Positions 37,168 to 45,122 of a stretch of DNA of 64,000 nucleotides are shown piece by piece. Position 1 is the first letter of the stretch, and each line of letters starts with the position of its first letter. The position numbers and the translations under genes were made by a program. Origin of the DNA: an uncultured Mageeibacillus sp. (GTDB taxonomy: Bacteria > Bacillota > Clostridia > Saccharofermentanales > DTU023). A model generated the notes under the pieces. It worked only from the letters and a program-made list of their open reading frames with translations, did not search any database and was not told where the DNA came from. The stretch lies in the NCBI GenBank assembly GCA_964346175.1, contig CAYFTG010000003.1, positions 1 through 64,000 of the forward strand. The letters are read 5' to 3'.

Positions 37168-38385
37168 ATGGAAATGAGAGCTTTAATCGGATTATTTGGC
37201 GGTTCATTTGATCCTTTTCACAATGGACATCTGGCGATGGTGGAGGCAGCAGCGAAAGCTTTTCCTTTTGAGCGCCTTATTGTGATGCCGGTCGGTCTGC
37301 CGTCGCACAAAAACCGTAGATTAAGTTTTGCCACTTTTCGCATGGAAAGTGCCAGGTTGGCTACTGCAGAATTGCCTCAGGTATATGTCAGTGATTACGA
37401 GATACTGGCACCTAGACGCAGCTATACGATAGAGACAATTCGTCATTTGAAAGAGAAATATCCTGAGAATGAGATCAAACTAATTTCCGGTTCAGATTTT
37501 CTCTTTAATGTGGAGACCTGGTACCAGTACGAAAGAATTATTGCAGAGGTCTCATTTGCAATCGCCTTACGTGGAGATGCCAAAGCGGATGAGTGCGAGC
37601 AACAGGCGAACTATTTGCGCAGCAAGTATCAGGCTCGAATTGACTTTTTCCCGATGAAGTCTACTAGCGTATCGGCCACTAAAGTTCGTGCAATTCGTTC
37701 ATCCGGTAATTCAGCAGCGGAACTTGTTCCGGAGAAAGTTAATGATCTACTGCATACCTATCAACCTTACTCATACAAAGAAGTAATGGACGATTTGGAT
37801 GAAACTAGCTGGCACAGATTAAATCACTACGAACGACGTCTCTTCGCTTATTTAGGGCTTGAGCGCAGATTACATACGGTGTCTACGTGCCTCCTAGCGT
37901 TGGAGTTGGCAGCGGTACACAATGTACCTGCTCTGGAGGCCGGCACTGCCGCTTTGTTCCACGATCTGGCCAAAGAGTTGCCTCTCGCTGAACAGAAGTC
38001 TTATTCAGATCTATATTTGGGATTTGAAGAGGAAAACCCTGAACTACTGCACGGGCCGGCAGCTGCGTTTTTGGCTAGGGAGCATTTTGGCATTAGCTCT
38101 GCAGATGTCCTTAATGCAATCCAATACCATACTAGTGGCAGACCCGGCATGAGCACATTGGAAAAGATCATTTTCCTTGCAGACAAAATTGAATATGGGC
38201 GACCATTCAAAGATTTGGACAGTATCCGTTCGCCGGCTTTTGCAGAAGGTGCTGAGGCGACAGAGAAAGAAGCCTTGCTCAATGAAGCAGTCTGTCTCTG
38301 TTTTGATGAAGTGTTTTCTGCTCTGGAACGAAGCGGACAGGAGATTTGCCCTCTGAGCAAAGAAGCCTATAATATATTAAAATAG
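37168..38385 (+). CDS. nadD: Fusion of nicotinate-nucleotide adenylyltransferase (NadD, N-terminal) with a YqeK-type HD hydrolase domain (C-terminal).
   Basis: The N-terminal GLFGGSFDPFHNGHL ((H/T)xGH) and ISGSDF motifs indicate NadD. The C-terminal HD domain has H..HDLAKE...YHTSGR...LADKIEY. Confidence 0.8.
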   Translation: MEMRALIGLFGGSFDPFHNGHLAMVEAAAKAFPFERLIVMPVGLPSHKNRRLSFATFRMESARLATAELPQVYVSDYEILAPRRSYTIETIRHLKEKYPENEIKLISGSDFLFNVETWYQYERIIAEVSFAIALRGDAKADECEQQANYLRSKYQARIDFFPMKSTSVSATKVRAIRSSGNSAAELVPEKVNDLLHTYQPYSYKEVMDDLDETSWHRLNHYERRLFAYLGLERRLHTVSTCLLALELAAVHNVPALEAGTAALFHDLAKELPLAEQKSYSDLYLGFEEENPELLHGPAAAFLAREHFGISSADVLNAIQYHTSGRPGMSTLEKIIFLADKIEYGRPFKDLDSIRSPAFAEGAEATEKEALLNEAVCLCFDEVFSALERSGQEICPLSKEAYNILK

Positions 38386-38423
38386 TATTAGATGTTTACA
38401 TTCTAAGAAAACGAGGTGAATAA

Positions 38424-38831
38424 TTGGAACCTGTACTTAATCAAGAAATGCTGAATCCGTTAGAAGAAACTACAAAGGATCCGGAAGCGCAGCAATTTAT
38501 TCAAAACCTGCTTGATACTATCCAGACAGCGTTGGATGAGAAAAAGGCGGAAAATGTAGAGACAATCAAAGTAACCGGGCGCACTAGCTTAACTGATTAT
38601 TTCGTTATTGCCACAGCACGCAGCTCCACACATTGTAAAATTTTGTCAGACGCAGTTGAAGAAGCTGTAAGTAAAAACCTGGGGCAGCAAGTACGCCAAG
38701 TGGAAGGCATGGAAAAGAGAAAATGGATTGTACTCGACTACGGTGACATCGTAGTACATATAATGAGACAGGAAGATCGCGAATTCTATAATCTGGAACG
38801 ACTCTGGAAGGGTTCGACATCTGCCAAATAG
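38424..38831 (+). CDS. rsfS: Ribosomal silencing factor RsfS (Iojap/YqeL).
   Basis: DYFVIATARSSTHCKILSD...KWIVLDYGDIVVHIM. Confidence 0.85.
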   Translation: MEPVLNQEMLNPLEETTKDPEAQQFIQNLLDTIQTALDEKKAENVETIKVTGRTSLTDYFVIATARSSTHCKILSDAVEEAVSKNLGQQVRQVEGMEKRKWIVLDYGDIVVHIMRQEDREFYNLERLWKGSTSAK

Positions 38832-38857
38832 AAGAGTATTGACATATAAACATAGAG

Positions 38858-38884
38858 GCGAGGCCGAATGGCCTCGCTTTTTTT
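38858..38884 (+). terminator. Strong intrinsic terminator after rsfS.
   Basis: GCGAGGCC-GAAT-GGCCTCGC stem-loop followed by TTTTTTT. Confidence 0.75.
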
Positions 38885-38921
38885 CATTATCCTGAAACAA
38901 GATTGTTAGCAGGAGCTCCCC

Positions 38922-39566
38922 ATGAATCGACGCAAGAATCTGGATCGGCAGAGGAAAAAGCGACAGAGTATTATTTTGCTCCTTATGTTGGCTGCGATTA
39001 TATTTGCCATCTTAGGGCGTTTCATTTTTGCACGAGATAAGGAAATCAATCCTGAAGATCTGGAGTTAAATACCAAGGCCACAAAAGAACAGACTGCAAC
39101 GAGCACAAGTAGTGCTAAGGTTTTTCCGGTTCACATTGCAGGCGCTGTAAGGAAGCCAGGAGTTTATTATTTCTCAGAAGGGGTAATTGTCGGTGAAGCT
39201 ATAGAGAGGGCCGGAGGAGCAACGCTAGATGGTGCTGTGGACGTATTGAACATGGCTTCGCTTTTACATCCTCATGCAAAGCTATATGTACCGACTCTAG
39301 AGGAAGTAGAAGCGGCCGATCCGGGAACTTCTTTTGAGGGAATCGAGAATGATCCTGCAAGTGCTGAATCCGGAAAAATAAATCTTAACTTGGCTACGGA
39401 GGCAGAACTTCTAACAATCCCGGGCATAGGTCCTGCTACAGCGTCTGCAATTCTTAGCTATCGTGAAGAGAACGGCAAGTTCAGCCAAATTGAAGATTTG
39501 ATGAATGTGACGGGGATTAAAGAAAAAAAATTTGCTAATCTAGAACCATATCTTTACGTTCCTTGA
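38922..39566 (+). CDS. comEA: ComEA-like DNA-binding competence protein (TM segment, SLBB domain, tandem HhH).
   Basis: N-terminal TM segment. The C-terminal helix-hairpin-helix is LNLATEAELLTIPGIGPATASAIL...FSQIEDLMNVTGI. Confidence 0.8.
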   Translation: MNRRKNLDRQRKKRQSIILLLMLAAIIFAILGRFIFARDKEINPEDLELNTKATKEQTATSTSSAKVFPVHIAGAVRKPGVYYFSEGVIVGEAIERAGGATLDGAVDVLNMASLLHPHAKLYVPTLEEVEAADPGTSFEGIENDPASAESGKINLNLATEAELLTIPGIGPATASAILSYREENGKFSQIEDLMNVTGIKEKKFANLEPYLYVP

Positions 39567-39589
39567 TTAATTACTCGTATCCGAATGAT

Positions 39590-39618
39590 TTGACAAGGTG
39601 GTCTATTATGCGTAAAAT
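39590..39618 (+). promoter_or_regulatory. Consensus sigma-A promoter (TTGACA, 17-nt spacer, TAAAAT) driving tRNA-Pro.
   Basis: The -35 is perfect, the spacer is 17 nt and the -10 is near-consensus. It ends about 12 nt before the tRNA 5' end. Confidence 0.6.
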
Positions 39619-39629
39619 CACTAGAGCAA

Positions 39630-39705
39630 CGGGGTGTGGCTCAGGTGGTAGAGCGCTTGGTTCGGGACCAAGAGGCCGGAAGTTCAAGTCTTCTCACTCC
39701 GACCA
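39630..39705 (+). tRNA. tRNA-Pro (anticodon CGG).
   Basis: Cloverleaf: acceptor CGGGGTG/CACTCCG, anticodon loop TTCGGGA (G37), T-loop TTCAAGT, and encoded CCA. Confidence 0.85.
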
Positions 39706-39707
39706 GT

Positions 39708-39736
39708 AGCCCGCAGTAAGTCTGTGGGCTTTTTTT
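39708..39736 (+). terminator. Intrinsic terminator after tRNA-Pro.
   Basis: AGCCCGCAG-TAAGT-CTGTGGGCT stem with one G:U pair, followed by TTTTTTT. Confidence 0.7.
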
Positions 39737-39753
39737 ATTAAAAGGAGCTTCGT

Positions 39754-40584
39754 ATGAGTCGTTGTGACATCATTTTTCAGGACAATTGCCGCGATATACT
39801 TCAGAATGGCTGCACAGATGAGGGGCAGATGGTTAGACCACGCTGGGAGGATGGCACTCCGGCCCATACAATAAAGCGCTTTGGCCTAGTTAATCGTTAC
39901 GATCTGGCGCAAGAGTTTCCTCTCATGACCCTGAGGCGGGTTTATTACAGAAGTGCTGTTGAAGAACTTCTCTGGATCTGGCAGAAGAAATCTAATGTGG
40001 TGGCGGATTTAAGTACCGGTATCTGGGATCAGTGGATGCTGGAAGATGGCACCATCGGGAAAGCATATGGTTATCAACTGGCACAGAAGCATAAGTATAA
40101 GGAAGGCTTTTTCGATCAGGTCGATCGCGTTCTTTACGATCTCAAACATAGGCCGTACTCGCGCCGGATGATTGTCAACATGTTCAATCACGCAGACTTG
40201 AGCGAAATGGCACTTTATCCTTGCGCCTACAGTATGACCTTCAATGTGACGGGCAACAGGCTAAATGCTATTTTGCATCAGCGATCAAACGATATGCTGG
40301 TGGCAAATCACTGGAATGTAAGCCAATACGCAATCCTCTTGGCAATGTTTGCTCAGGTCAGCGACCTGGAAGTGGGAGAATTTCTGCATGTGATAGCTGA
40401 CGCTCATATCTATGATCGTCACATCCCCATTGTGAAAGAAGTAATAGCGAGACAGGCTTACCCGGCTCCCAAGCTACAACTTGATCCTGCTGTGAAAAAC
40501 TTCTATGATTTTACTGTCGACAGTGTTTCTTTCGAGAACTATCAGCACGGACCTGTCGTAAAGGATATTCCCGTGGCAATTTAA
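39754..40584 (+). CDS. thyA: Thymidylate synthase.
   Basis: Canonical ThyA sequence including the active-site region (…YPCAYSMTFNV…) and RRMIVNMFN. Confidence 0.95.
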   Translation: MSRCDIIFQDNCRDILQNGCTDEGQMVRPRWEDGTPAHTIKRFGLVNRYDLAQEFPLMTLRRVYYRSAVEELLWIWQKKSNVVADLSTGIWDQWMLEDGTIGKAYGYQLAQKHKYKEGFFDQVDRVLYDLKHRPYSRRMIVNMFNHADLSEMALYPCAYSMTFNVTGNRLNAILHQRSNDMLVANHWNVSQYAILLAMFAQVSDLEVGEFLHVIADAHIYDRHIPIVKEVIARQAYPAPKLQLDPAVKNFYDFTVDSVSFENYQHGPVVKDIPVAI

Positions 40585-40606
40585 GCGGGACTCGGGAGGT
40601 GGAGAG

Positions 40607-41122
40607 ATGAATGCGATTGTCGCTTGTGATTCGACTTGGGGAATTGGCTACTGCGGCCAGTTACAAAAACCCATTTCAGCTGATCTGAAGCGTTTTAAAG
40701 AATTGACTTGGGGAAAAGTCATTATCTATGGGCGCTTGACAATGGAGACTCACCCCGGCGGCAAGCCCTTACCGGGTCGCCGCAATATTGTATTGACGAC
40801 GGATCCCGACTTCTCTGTAGAAGGTGCGATCGTCGCTCATAGCGTAGAAGAAGTGTTGCAGCTCGTTAAAAACTTAAAACGAACAGAAAAGCTTACTGAT
40901 GACGATTTCTTCGTCACCGGTGGCAGTTCAGTCTACAGCCAATTCATGCCTTATACCAACCGCGTCTATATCACTCAGCATTTCCAAAGCTACCCCTCTG
41001 ATTGCGACTTTCCGGATTTGGATAGCAATCCAAATTTCAAACTAAGCTCGGTCGGGGAGTGGCTGGAGGAGAATGGCTCTTACTTTCGTTACCTAACTTA
41101 TGAGCGCAATTCTATAGCTTAG
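40607..41122 (+). CDS. folA: Dihydrofolate reductase.
   Basis: The N-terminus MNAIVACDSTWGIGY and an internal motif match DHFR. It is about 170 aa and lies directly downstream of thyA. Confidence 0.85.
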   Translation: MNAIVACDSTWGIGYCGQLQKPISADLKRFKELTWGKVIIYGRLTMETHPGGKPLPGRRNIVLTTDPDFSVEGAIVAHSVEEVLQLVKNLKRTEKLTDDDFFVTGGSSVYSQFMPYTNRVYITQHFQSYPSDCDFPDLDSNPNFKLSSVGEWLEENGSYFRYLTYERNSIA

Positions 41123-41186
41123 GTAGGCAAGAGGATTTAAGGTATAATTTGGCTAGATATACACATTTAGGGGAAAGGGTCCGCCT

Positions 41187-42203
41187 ATGTCTACGTCAAA
41201 ACCCACAATTAAACCTTGCTATCTCAAAGATGCCGCTAAATTGCGCAAGTTAAACAATAATCTGCTCTGGAAAAGTTTAAGCGAGACCCGAGACTTTATT
41301 CGAAATCGCCAAGTAGAGGGCATTGATATTTATTTGTGGTCAGACGAGAGCAGAGAAGGCTACTTTTATCTGCAAAACCCAATGGCTCAAGAATCTTGGG
41401 CTATTGTCTATTATGAATCACAGTCTATTTCAGCAGAAGATACACTTAAGATCGCTGAAGCCGTCTTTAGCGAATTCCCGGCTTTATATCGCCTTGACTC
41501 TTATTCGCTAGAGGAAAACCCGGATGAGCTCAGCTTCCAAATCTGCAAGGGTCAATTTGATGACGATCAAACCTTCTTCGGACGTAGCTTTTCCTCTCCT
41601 CAGTTTGCTAGTAGACAAGTTGCTTTTATCGCTTGGCGTTTCGGTTATATCGCTCTGGTTTCCAATAAGAGCGGCGACAAAATTTCCAATATCGATTTTG
41701 TGCGCCGTGAGCGGGAAGTAGACGACTTGATTCGTTCTTTCGCCCTCTTCTATGAACTCTTCGATACTAGCGGAATGATTAAAGAGAAGAAGGAAGAGCC
41801 TGTCCTGCTCAAAGCCCCGGACGGTCTGCAAGAGCTACATCCGGTACTTACAAATGCTGCTGAGCAGATCATTGCCTACCTTAACGGCGAGCTGCATGAT
41901 TTCACTTTCCCTTATGAGATTGATGAGGGGACGAACTTCCAAAAGCAAGTTTGGGAAGTCACCAGAAATATTCCTTATGCTCATCTTTTTTCCTATAAGG
42001 ATATTGCCCAAGAAATTGTTAAGGATGAAAAAAAGGCGATCCAACTCTCGCGCGCTGTAGGGCAGGCACTCGGCGCCAATCCGCTCCCTATCTGCATACC
42101 TTGTCATCGGGTAGTAGGCAAAAACCGTGAACTGACAGGCTTTACAGGCGGCGTAGATATAAAGGATTTCCTGCTTAATCTTGAGTTCTTGAAATACAAT
42201 TAA
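41187..42203 (+). CDS. Two-domain protein: an uncharacterised N-terminal domain of about 230 aa fused to a methylated-DNA-protein-cysteine methyltransferase (MGMT/Ogt) DNA-binding and catalytic domain.
   Basis: The C-terminus has IPYAHLFSYKDIAQ...LPICIPCHRVVG, which contains the PCHRV active-site motif. The N-terminal domain is not recognisable. Confidence 0.7.
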   Translation: MSTSKPTIKPCYLKDAAKLRKLNNNLLWKSLSETRDFIRNRQVEGIDIYLWSDESREGYFYLQNPMAQESWAIVYYESQSISAEDTLKIAEAVFSEFPALYRLDSYSLEENPDELSFQICKGQFDDDQTFFGRSFSSPQFASRQVAFIAWRFGYIALVSNKSGDKISNIDFVRREREVDDLIRSFALFYELFDTSGMIKEKKEEPVLLKAPDGLQELHPVLTNAAEQIIAYLNGELHDFTFPYEIDEGTNFQKQVWEVTRNIPYAHLFSYKDIAQEIVKDEKKAIQLSRAVGQALGANPLPICIPCHRVVGKNRELTGFTGGVDIKDFLLNLEFLKYN

Positions 42204-42206
42204 AAA

Positions 42207-42234
42207 ACAGAGCCCGGGTAACCGGTGCTCTGTT
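42207..42234. terminator. Bidirectional stem-loop terminator between the MGMT-fusion gene (+) and the minus-strand tRNA operon.
   Basis: CAGAGC-CCGG-GTAA-CCGG-TGCTCTG hairpin. On the minus strand a T6 tract follows (strong). On the plus strand only TGTTT follows (weak). Confidence 0.6.
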
Positions 42235-42310
42235 TGGTGATCCACTGGGGATTCGAACCCCAGACCCCCTGATTAAAAGTCAGATGCTCTACCGACTGAG
42301 CTAGTGGATC
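42235..42310 (-). tRNA. tRNA-Lys (anticodon TTT).
   Basis: Reverse complement GATCCAC...CTTTTAA anticodon loop...GTGGATCACCA. Canonical cloverleaf and CCA. Confidence 0.85.
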
Positions 42311-42311
42311 A

Positions 42312-42386
42312 TGGCTGGGATGGCAGGATTTGAACCTGCGAATGCGGGAGTCAAAGTCCCGTGCCTTACCCCTTGGCTACACCCCA
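42312..42386 (-). tRNA. tRNA-Gln (anticodon TTG) with a U1:A72 pair.
   Basis: Reverse complement TGGGGTG...anticodon loop CTTTGAC...CATCCCAGCCA. The 3-bp D-stem is typical of tRNA-Gln. Confidence 0.8.
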
Positions 42387-42397
42387 ATGCAAAAAAA

Positions 42398-42475
42398 TGG
42401 GGTGGAATATGGGAATCGAACCCACGACCTCCAGGGCCACAACCTGGCACTCTAACCAACTGAGCTAATTCCACC
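42398..42475 (-). tRNA. tRNA-His (anticodon GTG) with a genomically encoded G-1 opposite C73.
   Basis: Reverse complement G-GTGGAAT...anticodon loop TTGTGGC...ATTCCAC-C-CCA. Confidence 0.85.
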
Positions 42476-42500
42476 GTGCTTTTTCGCAAGCGCAAAAAGA

Positions 42501-42529
42501 ATTGTAGCAAGCTAATCATCAAGTGTCAA
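42501..42529 (-). promoter_or_regulatory. Perfect-consensus sigma-A promoter (TTGACA, 17-nt spacer, TACAAT) for the His-Gln-Lys tRNA operon.
   Basis: On the minus strand: TTGACA cttgatgattagcttgc TACAAT. It ends about 25 nt upstream of tRNA-His. Confidence 0.6.
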
Positions 42530-42667
42530 ATCGGTTTTTCAGCCGTAGCTATGAACTGTCAAACTGTTTAAATCTACACTGTTTAGATGTTAAGCTTAGT
42601 ATAAGACTTTAGCAGTATACCATTAATAATTAAATCTTGCTCCAAGCTGTTCAGAAGGAAACGAAAT

Positions 42668-43285
42668 ATGAAAAAGCATAATGACAAATCTGCACAGACA
42701 GAATCCGCTGATGCGAATAATGTGAAAAAAGAGAAATTGGCACAGACTGCATTGCAGGGAGAGAGAGTCAGCATTCGCAATCTCGAAGCTGGCGATTATC
42801 AAGCCTTAGCCGGGCTTTTTGCAGATGAGGATGTGCTTTACTTTTATCTTCCCGGTAAGCTACAGACCTATAAAGGTGATGAACTGGCAGAGCTCTTGGC
42901 TGATTGGAACGATTTAAATACATCTTTTGTCTTAACAGTATTACAGGATAATAAGCCTATCGGGCTGATCACTTGCGAGTCAGTAGATTTTGATATGGGA
43001 CATTTGGAGATCGGTATTGCCTTAATCAGTGCAGCCGAAAGGAGCAGGGGATTAGCTACTGAAGCGATGGGCTTGTTTATTGACTTCCTCTTTCAGGACT
43101 TGGGCTTGCACCGCATCAATGCCAGGATTATTGGCGGTAATGCTGCCTCAATCAAGCTTTTTCAACGTTTGGGCTTTGAACAAGAGGGCTTGCAGCGTGA
43201 ATATGTACGCCGTGGCTCTACTTACCTAGATATGAACTTATTCGGCTTGTTAAAAAGTGATTGGCAGCTTAAGAAGAGAAACTAA
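42668..43285 (+). CDS. GNAT family N-acetyltransferase (RimJ/RimL-like).
   Basis: The acetyl-CoA-binding segment is HRINARIIGGNAASIKLFQRLGFEQEG. Confidence 0.6.
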   Translation: MKKHNDKSAQTESADANNVKKEKLAQTALQGERVSIRNLEAGDYQALAGLFADEDVLYFYLPGKLQTYKGDELAELLADWNDLNTSFVLTVLQDNKPIGLITCESVDFDMGHLEIGIALISAAERSRGLATEAMGLFIDFLFQDLGLHRINARIIGGNAASIKLFQRLGFEQEGLQREYVRRGSTYLDMNLFGLLKSDWQLKKRN

Positions 43286-43395
43286 GCTAAACATGGTAGA
43301 ATAAGCGCCGAAGCAATTTTATTGTCCACTATTTAATTAATAGCGGGATTGAAAGGATAGACACCAAATACACTTGGTGACAACTGGTACACGAT

Positions 43396-44802
43396 ATGAT
43401 CCGATCTACTTTGACGGCTCATTTAGCCGAACGTGATCGCAAGGAGCTAACTTTACAACTTAATGACCGTGATATTGGCTTGTTGGCTACGCATAGACAA
43501 CAGCATTATGTTGCTTCAGGTAATCGTCGTGTTCAGTTGATTGCAGGAATACTGACTGACAAAGATGATCCTGTTGCCATTCATGATACCCGTGTGCAAT
43601 TGCGTCAATGGCAATTGGCTTTTCGCAATCTCCAGATACAGGGCTTGTCCCGCTTTATGCAGGAAGAAATGGATACGGAACTGGAAGCTGATTTTCTTTT
43701 TCTAATGACAGCGGAGATTGTTATTGTTTTTTGCCAGAAGAATTTAGGAGTGTACCTGCATCGTGGCGAACGAATTTATCGCCAGCAGCCGACACTGCCG
43801 CCGCGAATCAATATTTCTGATTCCATCCGCGCACTTGATTTTTATGCCTTCAGGCCACGGGAAAATGACAATTTTCTTATTATTGATCCTGAGTTCATCG
43901 ATCTCTTCATGGTCGAAGAATTGGAAGAGCTTTTTGGCGATATGCGTCAGCTAAATGTTTCGATGGCGGAACTAAGCAGCCTAGCCTCCCAGTCGGCTTA
44001 TGCACAAGATACAACCTGGTTTTCTGTACACGTACAACGTATTGATACCGGCCAACTAAGTGATTACAAGCAGACTAACTACGGTCAGTCTCAATATGAT
44101 TACTCGGACTTCTTACATTCTTTCCGCCGCTCGAAGGTGGTACCTCTTAGGGACGGCAATCTGCGGATCTTACCTCCTGAGCTGGAAATGCAAAGACAGG
44201 CCAGATCGTTTGAAAAGAATCAGCCCAAGGCCCCGAAATTCGTTTCAAGTTTTGGTGAAGAGAAGAACGGTTTACCTAGGCGGAGAGCTAAAGAGCGTGA
44301 GCAGTATCCTTCAGCTGCACGTACTCAAGATGAAAACCCGCCCGATCCGGGTGTGGTTGACCGCATTAAAATGTGGAATGCTAATGGGATTAAAGAATTT
44401 TTCAAGAGATTCTTTTATCGCATTACTCATTTGTTCGAAAACTCACGTGGGCTCTCCCTGCTGACTTTTGTCGCTATTCTTTTGATAGCGCTCTTGCTCT
44501 TGGTTTGGGGAGTGACCAGTCTAGGCGGATCTGATCCCGAGGAAACAGAAAAGACTGAAAACACTAGTGAACCGAGTAGTACGTTAGATCCGAATGCCAC
44601 GATTTTTGAGATTGAGGTTGAGGTGAGGGCGAACAGCTTGCAGGTAATGTCAACTCCCGGGGGTAGTGATCTTATAGCAACTTTGCAAAGGGGAGACAAA
44701 GTGTATCAAACCAATCATCCCGATGATGGTTGGGTAAGGGTGCGTCTACCGGACGGTCGGCAAGGTTATGTTCTGGAACCGTTGTTGTTTCCTGAGGAAT
44801 AA
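43396..44802 (+). CDS. Hypothetical bitopic membrane protein with three parts: an uncharacterised cytoplasmic domain of about 340 aa, a single TM segment, and an extracytoplasmic SH3-like domain.
   Basis: The TM segment is LLTFVAILLIALLLLVWGV. The C-terminus DKVYQTNHPDDGWVRVRLPDGRQGYV resembles bacterial SH3. Confidence 0.4.
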   Translation: MIRSTLTAHLAERDRKELTLQLNDRDIGLLATHRQQHYVASGNRRVQLIAGILTDKDDPVAIHDTRVQLRQWQLAFRNLQIQGLSRFMQEEMDTELEADFLFLMTAEIVIVFCQKNLGVYLHRGERIYRQQPTLPPRINISDSIRALDFYAFRPRENDNFLIIDPEFIDLFMVEELEELFGDMRQLNVSMAELSSLASQSAYAQDTTWFSVHVQRIDTGQLSDYKQTNYGQSQYDYSDFLHSFRRSKVVPLRDGNLRILPPELEMQRQARSFEKNQPKAPKFVSSFGEEKNGLPRRRAKEREQYPSAARTQDENPPDPGVVDRIKMWNANGIKEFFKRFFYRITHLFENSRGLSLLTFVAILLIALLLLVWGVTSLGGSDPEETEKTENTSEPSSTLDPNATIFEIEVEVRANSLQVMSTPGGSDLIATLQRGDKVYQTNHPDDGWVRVRLPDGRQGYVLEPLLFPEE

Positions 44803-44805
44803 AAA

Positions 44806-44836
44806 ACCCCTAAAACTACTGTTTTGAGGGGTTACT
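44806..44836 (-). terminator. Intrinsic terminator at the 3' end of the minus-strand tRNA Gly-Arg operon.
   Basis: Minus-strand read: AACCCCTCAAAAC-AGTA-GTTTTAGGGGTT followed by TTTTTTA. Confidence 0.6.
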
Positions 44837-44839
44837 TGG

Positions 44840-44916
44840 TGGCGAGCATAGCAGGACTCGAACCTGCGACCCACAGCTTAGAAGGCTGTTGCTCTATCCA
44901 ACTGAGCTATATGCCC
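44840..44916 (-). tRNA. tRNA-Arg (anticodon TCT).
   Basis: Reverse complement GGGCATATAGCTCAGTTGGATAGAGCAACAGCCTTCTAAGCTGT...TATGCTCGCCA. Confidence 0.85.
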
Positions 44917-44926
44917 AAGAAAAAAA

Positions 44927-45000
44927 TGGAGCGGGTGAAGGGAATCGAACCCTCACGATCAGCTTGGAAGGCTGATGTTCTGCCACTAAACTACACCCGC
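44927..45000 (-). tRNA. tRNA-Gly (anticodon TCC).
   Basis: Reverse complement GCGGGTGTAGTTTAGTGG...anticodon loop CTTCCAA...TTCGATTCCCTTCACCCGCTCCA. Confidence 0.85.
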
Positions 45001-45020
45001 GTTTGATGCGAACAGTCGCT

Positions 45021-45049
45021 ATTTTACCTGAGCTATTGCTTTTTGTAAA
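45021..45049 (-). promoter_or_regulatory. Sigma-A promoter (TTTACA, 17-nt spacer, TAAAAT) for the Gly-Arg tRNA operon.
   Basis: Minus-strand read: TTTACA aaaagcaatagctcagg TAAAAT. It ends about 20 nt upstream of tRNA-Gly. Confidence 0.55.
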
Positions 45050-45122
45050 GCTCAGAAGTAAATTTCCATGCTTGAGTTTTAAATCTGAACATGACAAAAT
45101 TATTGCGGAGGATGAAAAGTAC

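Noticed and set aside
42301-42522. Track ORF on the minus strand (73 aa) and the small + ORFs across 42230-42480.
   Set aside because: They overlap the tRNA-Lys, tRNA-Gln and tRNA-His genes, and the RNA genes account for the region.
45003-45122. The 40-codon N-terminal extension of the parE ORF (MMRTVAILPELLLFVKL...).
   Set aside because: The extension overlaps the tRNA-Gly promoter and has no RBS. A conserved GyrB/ParE N-terminus begins at MTQHYNN, preceded by GGAGGA. The start was moved to 45123.
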